DNA of 64,000 bases, taken from positions 5,280,729 to 5,344,728 of the forward strand of contig OZ037770.1 of assembly GCA_964035545.1 (NCBI GenBank), in the 5' to 3' direction. Below, in pieces: positions 1 through 25,400 of the stretch. The translations under genes and the position numbers were made by a program. Position 1 is the stretch's first letter, and the number at the start of each line of letters is the position of its first letter. The notes beneath the pieces are model-generated. The model was not told where the DNA came from. It was given only the letters and a program-made list of their open reading frames with translations, and searched no databases. This DNA is from Bugula neritina. Taxonomy: Eukaryota > Animalia > Bryozoa.

Positions 1-632
1 GATTCCTGGGTTTTTTCATCACAGATGTAGAGTAAGAATCACAGATTTTGAATTTGACACTTTTTAGATTATTCTACTGGCACTGTTTCACGTTGGGATG
101 TTTTTGTAAATTTAGTGACGCTCTGCAACTTAAAGGATTGGTTGTATGAGCTTTACTTTAATCAGCTAGCATTTTATTCAAACTGAAATATTTGTGGTTA
201 CATTCTTATCAATTTATTTTTTCAACTTATCTGTGTCTGGGGGTTTAATTGTAAATGTATGCAAATATTAACCTTACTTGGTGTAATATTAACTGATAGT
301 TGCTGGTTTTGACATTTTTGCAATTAAGGAAGGACAACCACAAAATTCGTACTCCAGAAGTAGTAACTTGTCAAATATAATAATTTTTTTGAAAGCTGCA
401 AGACTATACTTATACGAGAACAATTGCTTACATTTTGGTTGAAAATATAATGAGCTGTTCCCTAGCAATATCTACCCTAGCCATATGTCGTCTGTTTGAA
501 AACTGCAGAAAGAATTTCATAAAATAGTATCCAATATTCAAGCGATTTGCATTGGGTAGAGGCTTTCTTATGGTGTGATTCATTGGAGAGGTAAAAACAG
601 CAGTCTCTGTCTATTTATATATTATTTTGTAG

Positions 633-11422
<10,790 letters not shown>

Positions 11423-11424
11423 TT

Positions 11425-11667
11425 TCACCTACACCTACAATAACTATGCCATCACCTACAGCTAACTTCCCCATCACCTACAGTAACTATGCCATCACCT
11501 ACAGATAACTTCCCCATCACCTACAGATAACTTCCCCATCACCTACAGATAACTTCCCCATCACCTACAGCTAACTTCCTCATCACCTACAGATAATTTC
11601 CCCATCACCTACAGATAACTTCCCCATCACCTACAGATAACTACCCCATCACCTACAGATAACTGCC
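11425..11667. repeat. 22-bp minisatellite in the BRCA2 3' UTR
   Basis: cccatcacctacagataacttc units starting just after the stop codon. Confidence 0.95.
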
Positions 11668-11922
11668 ACAGAATCACAAATTTAACCAATTTATTTACAC
11701 GCAATTAATTCTACTGAAATTGTAACTACATATAGAGTCTTGCTTTAGATTTGTGCATTCATTTTATTTTGTTAGTTTATTTTCCTTCTGTGGGAAGCAA
11801 AATCTGCTAATCACAGCTATTTTTCCATGAATCAATTTGAATCTCCTACTCTAAGTTTATTTTGTCACACAATAGTATTTTCCTGTTACTTATATTTTAA
11901 TTAGTGTTTTACTCAAACTGTT

Positions 11923-11928
11923 AATAAA
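11923..11928 (+). promoter_or_regulatory. Candidate polyadenylation signal of the BRCA2-like gene
   Basis: AATAAA about 500 bp after the stop codon; weak on its own in AT-rich DNA. Confidence 0.4.
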
Positions 11929-12827
11929 AAGGTTATCAGATTCAAAGACTTATCACTGCAGGTATAAACACAGCGCAGGTGTTTCTTCTCACAACTTACA
12001 GCATACCTATACTACTTCCTATTAGTTCTTACTATAAAGTTGACTTGCAGAAATACTCAGATACGAGTTCCAATCATGTTTCCTAAACTTACTAAACAAT
12101 ATTCCCAGCTAATAAAAGCCCTAAGATACTAGAACCCCCAACAGCTTTGAACTGGTTTAAAAACAGCATTGTGTTGCATATTTGACAAGCAGTACCTGCA
12201 GAAACGTTTGACAACTCTAAACCTGTAGGGCTAAACATTCATTTCCTTTGTATTTGCAATGGCTTAACATTACTAGGGCATAGCATTTGAGTCTTGGACT
12301 CAATTCAAAACTAACCAGCAATGTAACTGCAGGCCAGTGTTTTCTAAACTCATGGGAGTTGAATTTGCGTGAAAAAGAGAGACTTGAGCTAACCATCAGC
12401 TACAGCTGTACTCTAAAGGACTTGGTTAGCTTGAGTAGTCTGTTGAGTAATGTTGGCTAAGTTTAAGTTTGGAGTACCAAGAGTGATGGTAATTATTAGA
12501 GCATGGACCAGGTTCCACATGCTATGGGTGTCTTAGCATATTACTTGCTTGTGTTAAAAGCATTCAATATTTAGTCTCTGCCATTGAATTTATGATTCTT
12601 GTAGGACTGTTATTCTTCAGGTACACTTGAAAACTACCAAATCTTATAACATTTTGTGACGAGCTATGGAATGCATGCACAAAGTCAGCAACAACAGACT
12701 TCATAATAATATGTTTTATCGGTTATATTCACAAAGTAATGCTTACAACACAATATTCATGACTATTATTAGATGGAGCTGCCAGAATATGTGTAGTGGA
12801 TTCAGCTGTGGGATTGTGCCCTCCTGA

Positions 12828-14618
12828 CTACTGGTAGATCAGTGGTTGGAGGTTGTTAAGGTTTATGTATTCACCCACACCATTTGCAAAGTCTCCGTTA
12901 GACATTGGGAACACGGAGATGCTAATGTGCGGGTGGTGAGACGTGCCCATACTGCCATGCACACAAATCTCACTATTGCAGTATTTTATAGCCTTTGTAC
13001 CATCATAGTCATACTCTTGTCGGGTGAAAGTACCTTTGTCACTGTACATTGTATCAGCCAATGAGGAAGTATAATGATCGTCTGCGCCAATGATGCCTAC
13101 AGCCAGAGTGTTGCTGTGGAAGTCAAAGTTGAAGGGAGCCGACCACATGACTGCTAGCCTCATTTTCCCATTCACATCCCAGGAAACTGTCCCATAACTC
13201 CCTGCAACAATGTAGCCAGTCTTTCTCATCACCATCATCTCTTTGGTGCCTGGTTGCACTGCTGTGGGAGGTGAAATCACATAGCCCGAGTTCTCATAGA
13301 ATATTGGCAAGGTCAAGGGCCACTTGCTGTAGTTATCTATCTGCAGCGTGACGCCTACTCGGTAGTTTCTAGATTCTTCCACGGCTTTTGCTGAGGAAGT
13401 AATGCTGTTCCCATTTGACAGAGCTTTTCCAAGGACTGAGGTAATGAGTTTGGTGTTAGGGTTGACTAAAAGTACACAACATAACATACTGATAACATAA
13501 CATACTGATATATCTACTAGCTATAGACTAATATAAGCAAATTTATCTTCCATGCATAAGGTTAGCCCTCTATACACACTTTGGGCGCACCGTAGGTCCT
13601 AACATAAAATATCAGCCATTTTTACAATAGCTTCATGCATGGTACATCAGGATCAAGTACTGCTTAATTTAAAAAAGTTATATCTGGCTCGGACAGGAAG
13701 ATGTTTGCATCAATTTATTGGATCTAAATGTCCAATGAGGTGTCATAGATTGTACCCAATAGCGCACTTTGAGAACTGCAACCTGGAAACACTAAAAATG
13801 GTTGACATTTTACTTTACAGCTTACGGTGTGGCAAAGTGTGTCTAGGGGGTGAGACTTGTCAGCAGTGAACTAAAAAATAAGATGCAATATTCACACACA
13901 GCAGTTTTTTGTTTGCAGTTTACATCAACAAGAGTTTTTTTATAATGAATTTAGAATCACAATGCTTTAAATAGCTGTAGTTTGTTTTTTTTTTGGTTTC
14001 ACAGAGAGTAAGGAGTTCCGTGATCAGATATTTCTCGTTACATCACTATGAAGGACCTTATATGGTCCACAGGCTTCACCATACCTAGGGTGCTCTTTCT
14101 TTACATATACATAGCTATGGAGGATATTTCTCATACAATTATTTACTCTTACAATTCAACTTGCAATAGATAATTGTTTGCAGTTTTAAAATCCAACCTT
14201 GGGAAGTGGTATAATTATTAAGGTCATGGTTGGGGTTTGAATCTTGGGTTAGGCTATCCGCTATCACAAGAAGCCATAATGCGGTTTGCAACAATAGTAA
14301 CAAGTTTTTAGCCTGCTTAGACCTTAACCTGAAAGTTCTTGCAGGGATAGTGGACCAAATTATACAGACATAGCTCAAGTTGATAATGACAACAGTAAGC
14401 TTAGAGCAATGCAAGTTCATAATTCCCTTATTAGTAACAGGAATCAGTTGACCTACATCTATTTTAAGTTGACCTACATTTATTTTAAGTTTTTAGTATT
14501 TTAACAAAACATGCACCAGATACTCATACATACCGCCTTCTCCATAGGATGCGACTTCGCCAAACACCAAAGAACACCCAGTCAATAAAATTAAGGTAAC
14601 TCCAACCACACTATGCAT
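12828..14618 (-). CDS. Secreted actinoporin-like pore-forming protein (tereporin/conoporin/echotoxin-like), about 240 aa
   Basis: Exon 1 14618-14534 encodes a signal-peptide-like MHSVVGVTLILLTGCSLVFGEVASYGEG (G|GTATGT, phase 1). Exon 2 13465-12828 (TTTTAG acceptor) encodes VTLQIDNYSKWPL, PPTAVQPG, RKTG..AGSYGTVSW and VMWSAPFNFDFHSNTLAVG, matching the actinoporin aromatic lipid-binding signature. Confidence 0.88.
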
Positions 14619-14723
14619 GGTGAATTTATACATGTAATGGGTATGTCACTCTGCAGCTGTATGATGTGGGTTAACTGAGAAATGACATCACATAGGATAA
14701 AGATTCTAATTGGTCCAACGTAA

Positions 14724-15062
<339 letters not shown>

Positions 15063-16471
15063 AACAAGCCTAAAGCTTTTAATCAGCTAAAATAATTAGC
15101 AAGTACTTGCATGAATGACTTAGGCTCTTAGACTCTTACATCATATAGCTGTACTTTAAATTATTACATAAGTATCTTGAATTATTTTAGTATCTTGTAG
15201 TTTAATGCTGTAACTAAGTTATCAGTAGTGTTGCCAAACTCTACTCATTATTACTCAATATATTCACCAGTAAGCTATAATTACTTTAGAAAAGTCAAAA
15301 TTAATTATTCGTGTTGTGTTTATAGTTTTTTAAATATTGTTATTCAGTTAATTTTGCAGAAATAACATGTCAGCCTTCTCATTTCATTATTGACAATCTT
15401 AAAAGTAATAACGCTGAAAAAATTTTAGCTGGTATGTTGGAATGCTTACAGTAAAACCATTATTCAAAAATATTTATAATTCTTGTAAAAAATTACATAA
15501 TATAATGTATGCTTCAATATTATGCTATTGATCTATATAAAAATATATCAATTAATAAGCTTACAAACTATTGGAAAAATTATACTGAATACATTATATA
15601 ATACATTGGCTAACTTTAAAATCACAGAAATTTCATCATATCTTTTCAAAGCTGACATAATATTATATAATATCAGAGTAAATTAAACTCAAATAACGTA
15701 ACTTTGCACACAGCTTACTCATAGTCAAATGTATATATATTAGTAACTTTTTTTAAATCATTTAAATGCATTGCTGATTTACATTTATCTATATTTATCA
15801 ATATTTTTCTATAAAAATGATGCAAAACACCATTCCTAGAAATATTAATACTTTTGGAATATCACTTAAAGCAGCACAGTGTTAGGGGTGACGAAGCACA
15901 GTTTTGATAAACATATTATTATTATTGTTTCCCCTAATTCTTAGCCCAAGACCCGCCTATCAATGCACTGGGTGACAACCAACCCTGTGCTGCTTCAAGC
16001 AATTTTCCTAGTGTTGGCTAAAAACAGACACAGGAAGCTATACTAATATAACCGAGGAGTATTGCTGAGTGGTATCGCCTACCGCCCTAACAGAATAATT
16101 GCCTAGTTGTTGAGAATTTAAGTGTAAAGTCATCAACCAACTTGATCTAAATTGAAAAGTCTAAATGCAGCACACAACTTTTGATGATAATATTTGATTA
16201 GACATCCATATCCCACAATCCAAACAGAAAAAAGTGGAGATAGGTGAGAATAGGTGAGAATTATCACATAGTAGCAGTACCTAAGGACAATTGCTTCAGG
16301 TCAGTTAGTATAATACTCATACAACATTGTTACTCTTCTTGCTGCAAATTCTTAGCTATCTATTTGGAGTTATTTTCTTTTTCTTGTCCAAACTCTTACA
16401 CGGCTGCACATTGGCTGCAAACTGTAGCATATAGCAGTTTAGCTAACTCCAGTGGAAATCCTCATTCAGTG

Positions 16472-19400
16472 CTAGGATGTTGATTGTGTGCCTGCAAAAA
16501 CAAGCTGAGATTTATTATGAGTTGATCTCATGAAATTTGAAGTACAAATTTATAATATTATTGTTCCGTAGAGGTGAAGTAAGCAGTCTTATTAAACTAA
16601 TCATCTTGCGATAATAAATTTAATTTCATAGTAAGAGAAAACATATTGCACAAAGCATCATAACATAGCATAATACAATATAGCATAATACAATATACAA
16701 TATACAATAACTTATAACATTAGCATAATAAAATATGTAAATTATTACATAATACTATAATTAAATTGCTGTCAGTTGTTCCTTGTACCAGCTAAATATG
16801 TTTTAAAATGGTTTGAATATTACGCAAGATTACATATATAATTTTCAATGATAAAAAGCGTTGGATGCATACTTGACTCAACAACACATCTATAACCTTA
16901 GTTTCAGTGTAATCAGAAGGCTGGTCATGTCTCGCCTCACAAGCCATGCTATAAGCAACATGGCTCAAGTGCATGTAGAAAAAAACTTCAATTGAATGTC
17001 TTTTGAATGGTTCAAACCAGCAGCCGAGCACTTATGAGTCATGCTAGACTTGATGAGTCATGCTAGACATGGTGACATAAGCCAGCTAGCCCTTCCCTTA
17101 CTATACACTATGCTAAATGCTATTATCTGTTTTACAACATCGCACTCCCTGCCGCAATCACTGCCTTACATCAAAGGAATTCGCAGCTACAGGTTAATGC
17201 AAGCACAAATTAATCTGTTATAAGGGCATCCATCCATCTGCCATGATGGCAGTCATGGAAATGCAGTGAATGTCTCATAGGTAGTGAGCATCCACACATA
17301 GGCAGTAGCAGTGAGCATCCACACATAGGCAGTAGCAGTGAGCACCCACACATAGGTAGTAGCAGTGAGCACCAACACATAGGCAGTAGCAGTGAGCACT
17401 CACACATAGGTAGTAGCAGTGAGCACCCACACATAGGTAGTAGCAGTGAACACCCACACATAGGCAGTAACAGTGAGCACTCACACATAGGCAGTAGCAG
17501 TGAGCACCAACACGCATAGACAGTAAAGTGTAACAATAATGAGCTTTAACTTACTGGTATTTGTGTTGTCCCAATCATCATCAAAGGATTCTACAGAATA
17601 ATATGATGTAACACTTAAACAATACATTTGATCTGTAAATATTATTCTCAATCTCATATAGCTGAAATAGTAAAGTACACAATAATTCAGATTCACATGG
17701 AAAGTATTATATGATGGGCACAAATCTCTGAAGAAAAGTTTTACTTGTCAAGACTTATTTGCCACTGTTTATATTTTATAAACTATAAAGTGACTTGAAT
17801 GCATATGTAGTAGTCACAGTTGAGTAAACATATAGAAAGCTTGAAAGTGAGATTTGCTCAGAGTTGTCTCATTATTTTTAATAACACTGAACAATTTATT
17901 TTATCCTTATACAATAAAACTGCAATAGACACATCACTAAAGCTCAAACAAATAGCCATTCAACTCTATTAGCCAGAGTAGGTTAGCATGATTTACACAG
18001 AGTAACAACTACTTTGGAAATTGAATAACACGTTTGTCTTTTTCATCAACATTCCTTTAGAAGAGATTTTTTCAGAATTGGGGCATGACTGGCATTGCCC
18101 TTATTTTAAGATTTATGTATCTGTTAAAACTACTTGGGTTTTAACTAACTATTTCTCTAATTTGATTTCTTGGGTAAACTTAGTTAATCAATAATTTGGC
18201 GCTTGGCCAAATTGTTGATTAACTGTTTAAGCCAACAGTGATTGTAAATTAATCTCCTTAATCTAAGTCAATATTTAATTTACTACAGGCTAATAATAGA
18301 GTGGAAAGATCAATCATTACTTAAAGTATTATTCTAAAATTGGCACAATGCCAAGCCAGCGGGTCTTATTTCCTATAGTTTGAGCTCTTATCGCACTTGA
18401 GCTTCAATTACAGCATAATGAAAAGCCTTTCATAAGGTTCCATGATGCAAGATCTATTATAACACAGTACTCGTTGGTTGGTTATCAAGTAAGGGCCTTA
18501 GAACATAGTGATAAGCTACGAGCTCCATGTACAAGTGGCTAGTTGTAGTCACAAAAGCATTTATAAATCACTTAAGGAGTTAGCTTCGTGAAGTAGCCAT
18601 GATATTAGCCTACACTCTCAATAAGTTTTATCTCAAATGTAACGTAATGTATATTCTTATTTTGTATTGTAGCATTATAGCTATATAAGCTATTAAGGAA
18701 AAAAAGCTTTCAACTACATGTACAGTATGTAGCTGTTTTTTATGTATCTTATATTTTTACTTGTTTTGTACCTTTTAACCAAATTATATATATACTAAAA
18801 TAGAATATTTGTCTTAATATCACAATACAAAATCAGACACAATATTGGAATATTAATATAAGGAATGACTCACTGAACAGCAGCTTCACCACATCAGACA
18901 GCATGTGCCCAAACTTCTCCAACTCCTTCCTGCACTGCTCATCACATGACCTTTCTCTGTCAGGGTTGTCTATAAACTCGGCCAGCTGATGTTGTAATGC
19001 ACCAATCATCTCTCTTTGCCTGTCATGGCGGAGTGAGCAGTGCTGTCTAGCTGCCTGGTGCTCATCCAGGCTCTTAGCTAATTGATGTTGCTCAGCAGCC
19101 AAAGTCTCTAATTCTAATATATATAGAAATGCTAATCAAGCTATGCATTAATAGCCTATACTATATAAATGTTGCCTAAACAGTTGATATTGCACCTACA
19201 GGAGCAGTAGTGGAAAGATTGAGATAGCCAAAGTATATTGATTTTTTTATTAAATTTTGGTTTGGGTTGCGGGTTTAAATAACAACTTTTTATGCTACAT
19301 TTCTTTTCTAAAGCACAGGCTTTTCTGAATGTCTCCACTGCTGCACCTAGTATACCTCTGCTATATGCAAAGTAAAAGTAGAACATGGGATTCTAATCTG

Positions 19401-22400
19401 TGAATCAATTATCTAATTAACAGTTATTAACAAGAAGTTGTAATGAAATATATTTTATATAAAGTAACAGCATAAATGCTTTTAGGATTATATAACCCAA
19501 TTTATGCAGAAAGCATAGAATGCCCATTTAAATTAAGAATGACTATAGCGTGCAGTAACGGCTAACGACTATAGTATAACTAGAATCTCCATTAATGTGT
19601 AGCAAAAGTTCCAACAGTAGTGTCGACCAACAATACATTTTTTACCGGTTATATTGATGTCGTGCATCATAGCTTTAATATCTTGTTACTTAAGCTAAGA
19701 AGACTTTTTATAAATTTAAACTGAGTGCCCAATAATGCTGAAACTGTTTTTAACTATGGTGTCTTATTTACAAGAGTATTCTAATTGTTAAACTGAGACC
19801 TGAAACGACTAATAAAGATACATAATTTATTATTGTTCTCAATCTTAAATTTGTTTTACTGACTGCTCAAATCAAGGGAAATTGTGTGACTTCTGGCTGC
19901 CTGTTGTGAAATTACTGTCCCTCCTCAACTCGACTTTGAACCACAGACTAAGTCTTGCAAACCAATACACTACAGAAGCTACGGGGTTATCCCAACACTA
20001 CATCTTCACACTTAACTTACGCTCAGTTATTTCCAGCAACTTTCTTTCTGATTCATCTTTTTCTACTCGCTGTTTGTCGCGTAATGCTCCATTCTCTTCC
20101 TTCAAATCCTTGACCACTACGAACAAAGTTTTAATCAATGCCCATCAGAGAGTGGCTAATAATGAAACATAGTAAAACATTGTTCTTCCTAGTGTTTTTC
20201 ACATAATGCTCAAACCAAGAGAATTCTTCTTGTCTGCTATATAAGATAATTACCTAAACTGGGAATCGAACCAATAAAAAGAGGGATCGTCACGGTGTAA
20301 TGTCAACACTACATCTTCGTACTCAACTTACGCTCAGTTATTTCCTGAAATTTTCTTTCTGATTCTTCTTTTACCACCCGTAATGCTCCATTCTCTACCT
20401 TCAAATCCTTCAAATCCTTCACCTCTATAAACAAGGTTTTAATCAATGCCCATCAGAAAGTGACTACTATATTATAGCATACTTATTTTTCCGCAGGTAA
20501 ATTGAAATATTCCATCAGTTGTGCAAGCTATAGAACCACTGCCGTCATGGTCAGTATTAGTGGGCGGTATAATCTGCACAGGTAAAATGGCACAGGTGAT
20601 AATAGCACAAATAGAAAAGTAGGCAAAATGGCACATTATCAATATTGGGGTTTTGGGGTTGGGAGTTGGAGTTTGAAGCTAGGGTTTAGGGGTTTGGGGT
20701 TTGAGAAAATTTAACATCAGTGAGCTATTTTTACCTATTTTTCCATTTATGCCATTATTACATGCGCCATTTTTGTCTAAAATTATTGCAATGCATTAAA
20801 ATTTTCATTGAATATATTTGGATAGTTTTTATAAACAGCTAATTAACTAAATGACGTTTTGTCTAATTCCAGCTACAAAAGGTGAAAAGTTGATGAGCTT
20901 ATTTCTTTTCTTAAAACTTGCAATTATAATAATTATGCATAATGACTCCTATGTTCAAGTTTAACTTACGGCCAACTAGTTGCTGCAATTCAGCCTTCAA
21001 TTCTTCATACAATGTACACTTTTCCTCCTTCTCTCTCTGAAGCACTACAAATCAACAATCTAGTGTTAACTATCTCCCACAGTGTCCGATGACAGTGTAA
21101 AGTAGAGTAAATAAAATAATTACTCAACTGTACACGTAACTTGAATAAAAAATTCCCCTGACTGCATGAACAATCTGAAAGAGTGTTGAATTACTTACAG
21201 GTAAGTTTACCTACAAAGAAAGTGATGCAAAGAGTGCACAATCATTCAGCGTAATTACAGGTTGTAAAGTGAGTCATTGCAATTAATAAACTGAAATTAA
21301 ACAGATCCTAATATATTAATTTACTGATTCACATTTCGAAATTAGTAATGAATTGGATTATAAATTTAGCAGTTTAAAAACACCTAAATACTTGTGAATA
21401 ATTTCCTGAACTCACGAACAAATAGATAGTAAAACGTTTTGACAACCAAATTAGACATTATGTTTGTGCTTTCTGAACTAAAACTTATGTAAGAGTTATG
21501 CTTGGTTGTACACGGACAAGACAATTGATTGAATTGACCCAGAATTTTGAACAAAAAATTTTAAATATGTTGGAGCGCTATGTACGATTTTTTAAGTAAT
21601 ATGTTTGATTCTGGCTGGTTTTCTCCTTTAACAAAGTGAGTGTCATTACTGCACAGGTAACCAGGCTTTTTATTTACTGCTCCTTTGCAATAATTTCGCA
21701 AAATGTTTGTTCTAAAAATATGTAGCAGTAAAAATCTTTGGTGTTGCCTTGAACTAAAATTCTTTAAACTTTGTGATAGGTTAGGAATGAGTTAAAAAAT
21801 TTAAATGATGAAAATATTAATGCAAATTAATCAGTAGCCAGAGAAAAATTCTATTTAAAGAAATCTATGAGTGAACACTGAAAAGACTGGCTAATTTGTA
21901 GATTTAGCAAGCAGGGCTGAGAAACTAATATTAACTATATCTTTAAAGATGCAAAACTATTTCGTTATAACTACTAACTATAGCTACTAACTATAGCTAC
22001 TAACTATAGCTACTAACAATAGCTACTAACAATAGCTACTAACAATAGCTACTAACAATAGCTACTAACTATAGCTACTAACTATAGCTACTAACTATAG
22101 CTACTAACTATAGCTACTAACAATAGCTACTAACTATAGCTACTAACTATAGCTACTAACTATAGCTACTAACTATAGCTACTAACAATAGCTACTAACA
22201 ATAGCTACTAACAATAGCTACTAACTATAGCTACTAACTATAGCTACTAACTATAGCTACTAACTATAGCTACTAACTATAGCTACTAACTATAGCTACT
22301 AACAATAGCTACTAACAATAGCTACTAACAATAGCTACTAACAATAGCTACTAACTATAGCTACTAACTATAGCTACTAACTATAGCTACTAACAATAGC

Positions 22401-25400
22401 TACTAACAATAGCTACTAACTATAGCTACTAACAATAGCTACTAACAATAGCTACTAACTATAGCTACTAACTATAGCTACTAACAATAGCTACTAACAA
22501 TAGCTACTAACAATAGCTACTAACTATAGCTACTAACTATAGCTACTAACTATAGCTACTAACTATAGCTACTAAATATAGCTACTATAACTAGCTACTA
22601 ACTGGCTACTCACTGGTTATAAACATAACATTAAAATTAATATTTTGATACATCACTAAGAAGGAAAATCTACTTTGTAAATTAGCAAAAGCAGTGTATT
22701 TTATTACAGCCATTTTGAGTGAAGCTATGCTGCATCTCTAATAACATACATATCATCTTTGGATATGGTGGGTTCTATTCTAAAAAGTATACAATTTATA
22801 AATGTATTTGACTGGTGGTCATGGTATTTAGTCACGGCCATTGCATACGCATGACATGACACTTCCTCTAACAGTACGAAGATATGCATCACTACTGAGC
22901 TGCATCATTTTGCCAGGAACAAACTAACAACATCTGAATTAGATTATCCAGAACTTAATTTTCAGTTCATAATTTATAGAATAGAGTCAATAGACCTTCT
23001 TCTATAATACTACAGAGAATCAGCTGTTAGGCTCTCTATAAAAGCTGTGCTAAACCATTGCTCTCGCACATCTAATGGAGCAAACTTGGTATTCAGTTAA
23101 TTACGCGTAATAATGGCAGACTAAAATTAGGTCTATAAAACATTTTTATACTTTGCATACACTTATAGCTCCGTAGAAACTTGAAGTTAAATGGAAAATA
23201 ATAAAAATTGGAATTTAAATGAATGGCAATAAAAGTAATTACTAAATAGGTAATTAATGAATGAGGAATCACATTATTTTATATAACACTATACTCAGTG
23301 GTTTTATGTGCACAAACTAAATAGAATCAACTTACATCCATCCAATCCTTGCAGCTTTTCTTTAAACCCTTTATTTTCGGTCTGAAGGAACTCAATTGCT
23401 AAAATAGTTATAGACAGCTTAAAAAGTTTGAAACCACAAACCATATAACTAACATGTAACTGGTCTATATTCTATTAATTCAATGCACATGTAGTGATGA
23501 ATCTACCAAGTGTCCCTTGGTGTAACGGTTAGCACACTTGCTTGCAAGCCAAGGGTCTTGGGTTTGATTCCCAGTGGGGGCAACTACTTTGTAAGTTATT
23601 TCGGCCTTTAGTAAAGTGTAGTAGTACTCTGAGGGAGTTGAGTGGCCAGGGAAGCCTGAATACTGAAAGAGTAGTAGATAGGCCTGCGGAGTTTTCGATA
23701 ACTGGGTAGGATGTAGTGTTGAGTTTACCCAGTAGTCCCCTCAGTGTAACGGTTAGCACACTTGCTTGCAAGCTTGAGGCCTCGGGTTTGATTTCCGGTG
23801 GGGGCAATTATTTTACAGCACAAAAGGTTTTCTTATATTCAACTTAAAACCTGTTGGCAGGTTCAACTTACACCCATTCATTTGTTGCAGTTGTTTTTTA
23901 AGTACATCATTTTCTGCCTGTAGCTTCTTAACCCCTAAAAGAGTAAATTTACCTTTAGATCGATGATAGTTTTGAGCAACTGAGAATTAATTCAGATGAG
24001 CTTGGGTGTAGCAAACCAATCTTCAGTGTGGATTTACTGCTTCATTTTACAGACTAAGTATCCAAGCTGGTGTTAGTATTAATCGTTGTGTAGTTTAGTA
24101 TGTGTTAGGATTTGCACAAATCACTTGAACAAAAGTATTTCAGGAAATAAGTAAAGAATGCAACTCTTTCTGATAATAAAAAGCAGAATTAGTGTTCACT
24201 TCCTGCTATGCAGTAAATTTGATAACGACAACGAATTTCGGAAGACATAAATATAATCTTACTTTCATTTTGTATACCCGACTCCCTCTGTTGATCAGTG
24301 AACTCCTCACTGTTCCTTGCACTGGTTCCACTGTCAATAGTTTCTATAATAAAAATATTGTTTAAAAATACACAAGTTGTTACGCTGAGTGATTGAGTAC
24401 TTTGATTATCTTATCCCTATACAGCTTTGAGGTGGTTTGAATGGCCTGTTCTTTAGATGTGGGCTTAATTACAACAACAGACAATGAGTATACAGCATTA
24501 CTTGTTGGGTACAACAATGTTTGTTTAGATTGAGCACAATAGGTGGTTGGCTTGCAAGTTGGGAAACTTCGTTTGGGTTTGATTCCCAGTGAAGATAATC
24601 ACCTGTGGTAATTTAATACTATTAGCATGTAGTGGCTTTAGCTATATGCGTAATTCATACTAGATTATTATAGTAGCACAAAAAGTATATTAAGTCTAAG
24701 TGTTAATAATTTTCCACTCCTGCATTAAATATAATAAGCCAATAGCTCTATGCTAAGGTTATGTGGATTTGGGGTTCTTCTTGTGAACAAGAAGCTAGCA
24801 TTAACGCGACTGTACTTCCTCTAATTATGACTCATCTTGTGCAGTTCACACACAAGGAAATAAAACTAAGCGCAAGCAACTGCCCTAATTCACTTCAATG
24901 ACCAGGTAACTGGTTAAGCTAATATAGTCATCATTATGCAATACTAATCATTCCACTGGAAGCTTCCTAATTTCCAGGATTGGCTTTGGGAGAAATTTAT
25001 TGCCCCTGATTAGATTTCACAGCATTATTATCATAATTAGATGGGGGATTTGAATGCATAAATTTTACCTAACTATATCCAGCCTTTATATATATATATA
25101 AGCTGTTTCATTGCCGTGGAAAAACGACGTGAGCAAGTGAGTGATATACATCACAAACTACACATGTGGAGTATTCAACTGTGTATTTGCTGTGACTGCT
25201 ATAAGTGACCTGCAAGTGTTTTAAATCTGGGCTGTCTAACAGGCGCCTAGTGGCCTGTAGTCTACATTTATGTGGCCCTGGAAGGCATAAAGCTAAAATT
25301 ATTTTTCCACATGTATAGTTAATTAAAGTGAAAAGCCACTTTTTAACCGCTTTATTTATACACAGGCTACAAACATGCAGCCTGCAGTAACTACTGGTAC

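Noticed and set aside
23512-23806. Functional tRNA genes
   Set aside because: Mismatched stems and a decayed T-loop (TTTGA instead of TTCGA); better explained as SINE heads or pseudo-tRNAs.
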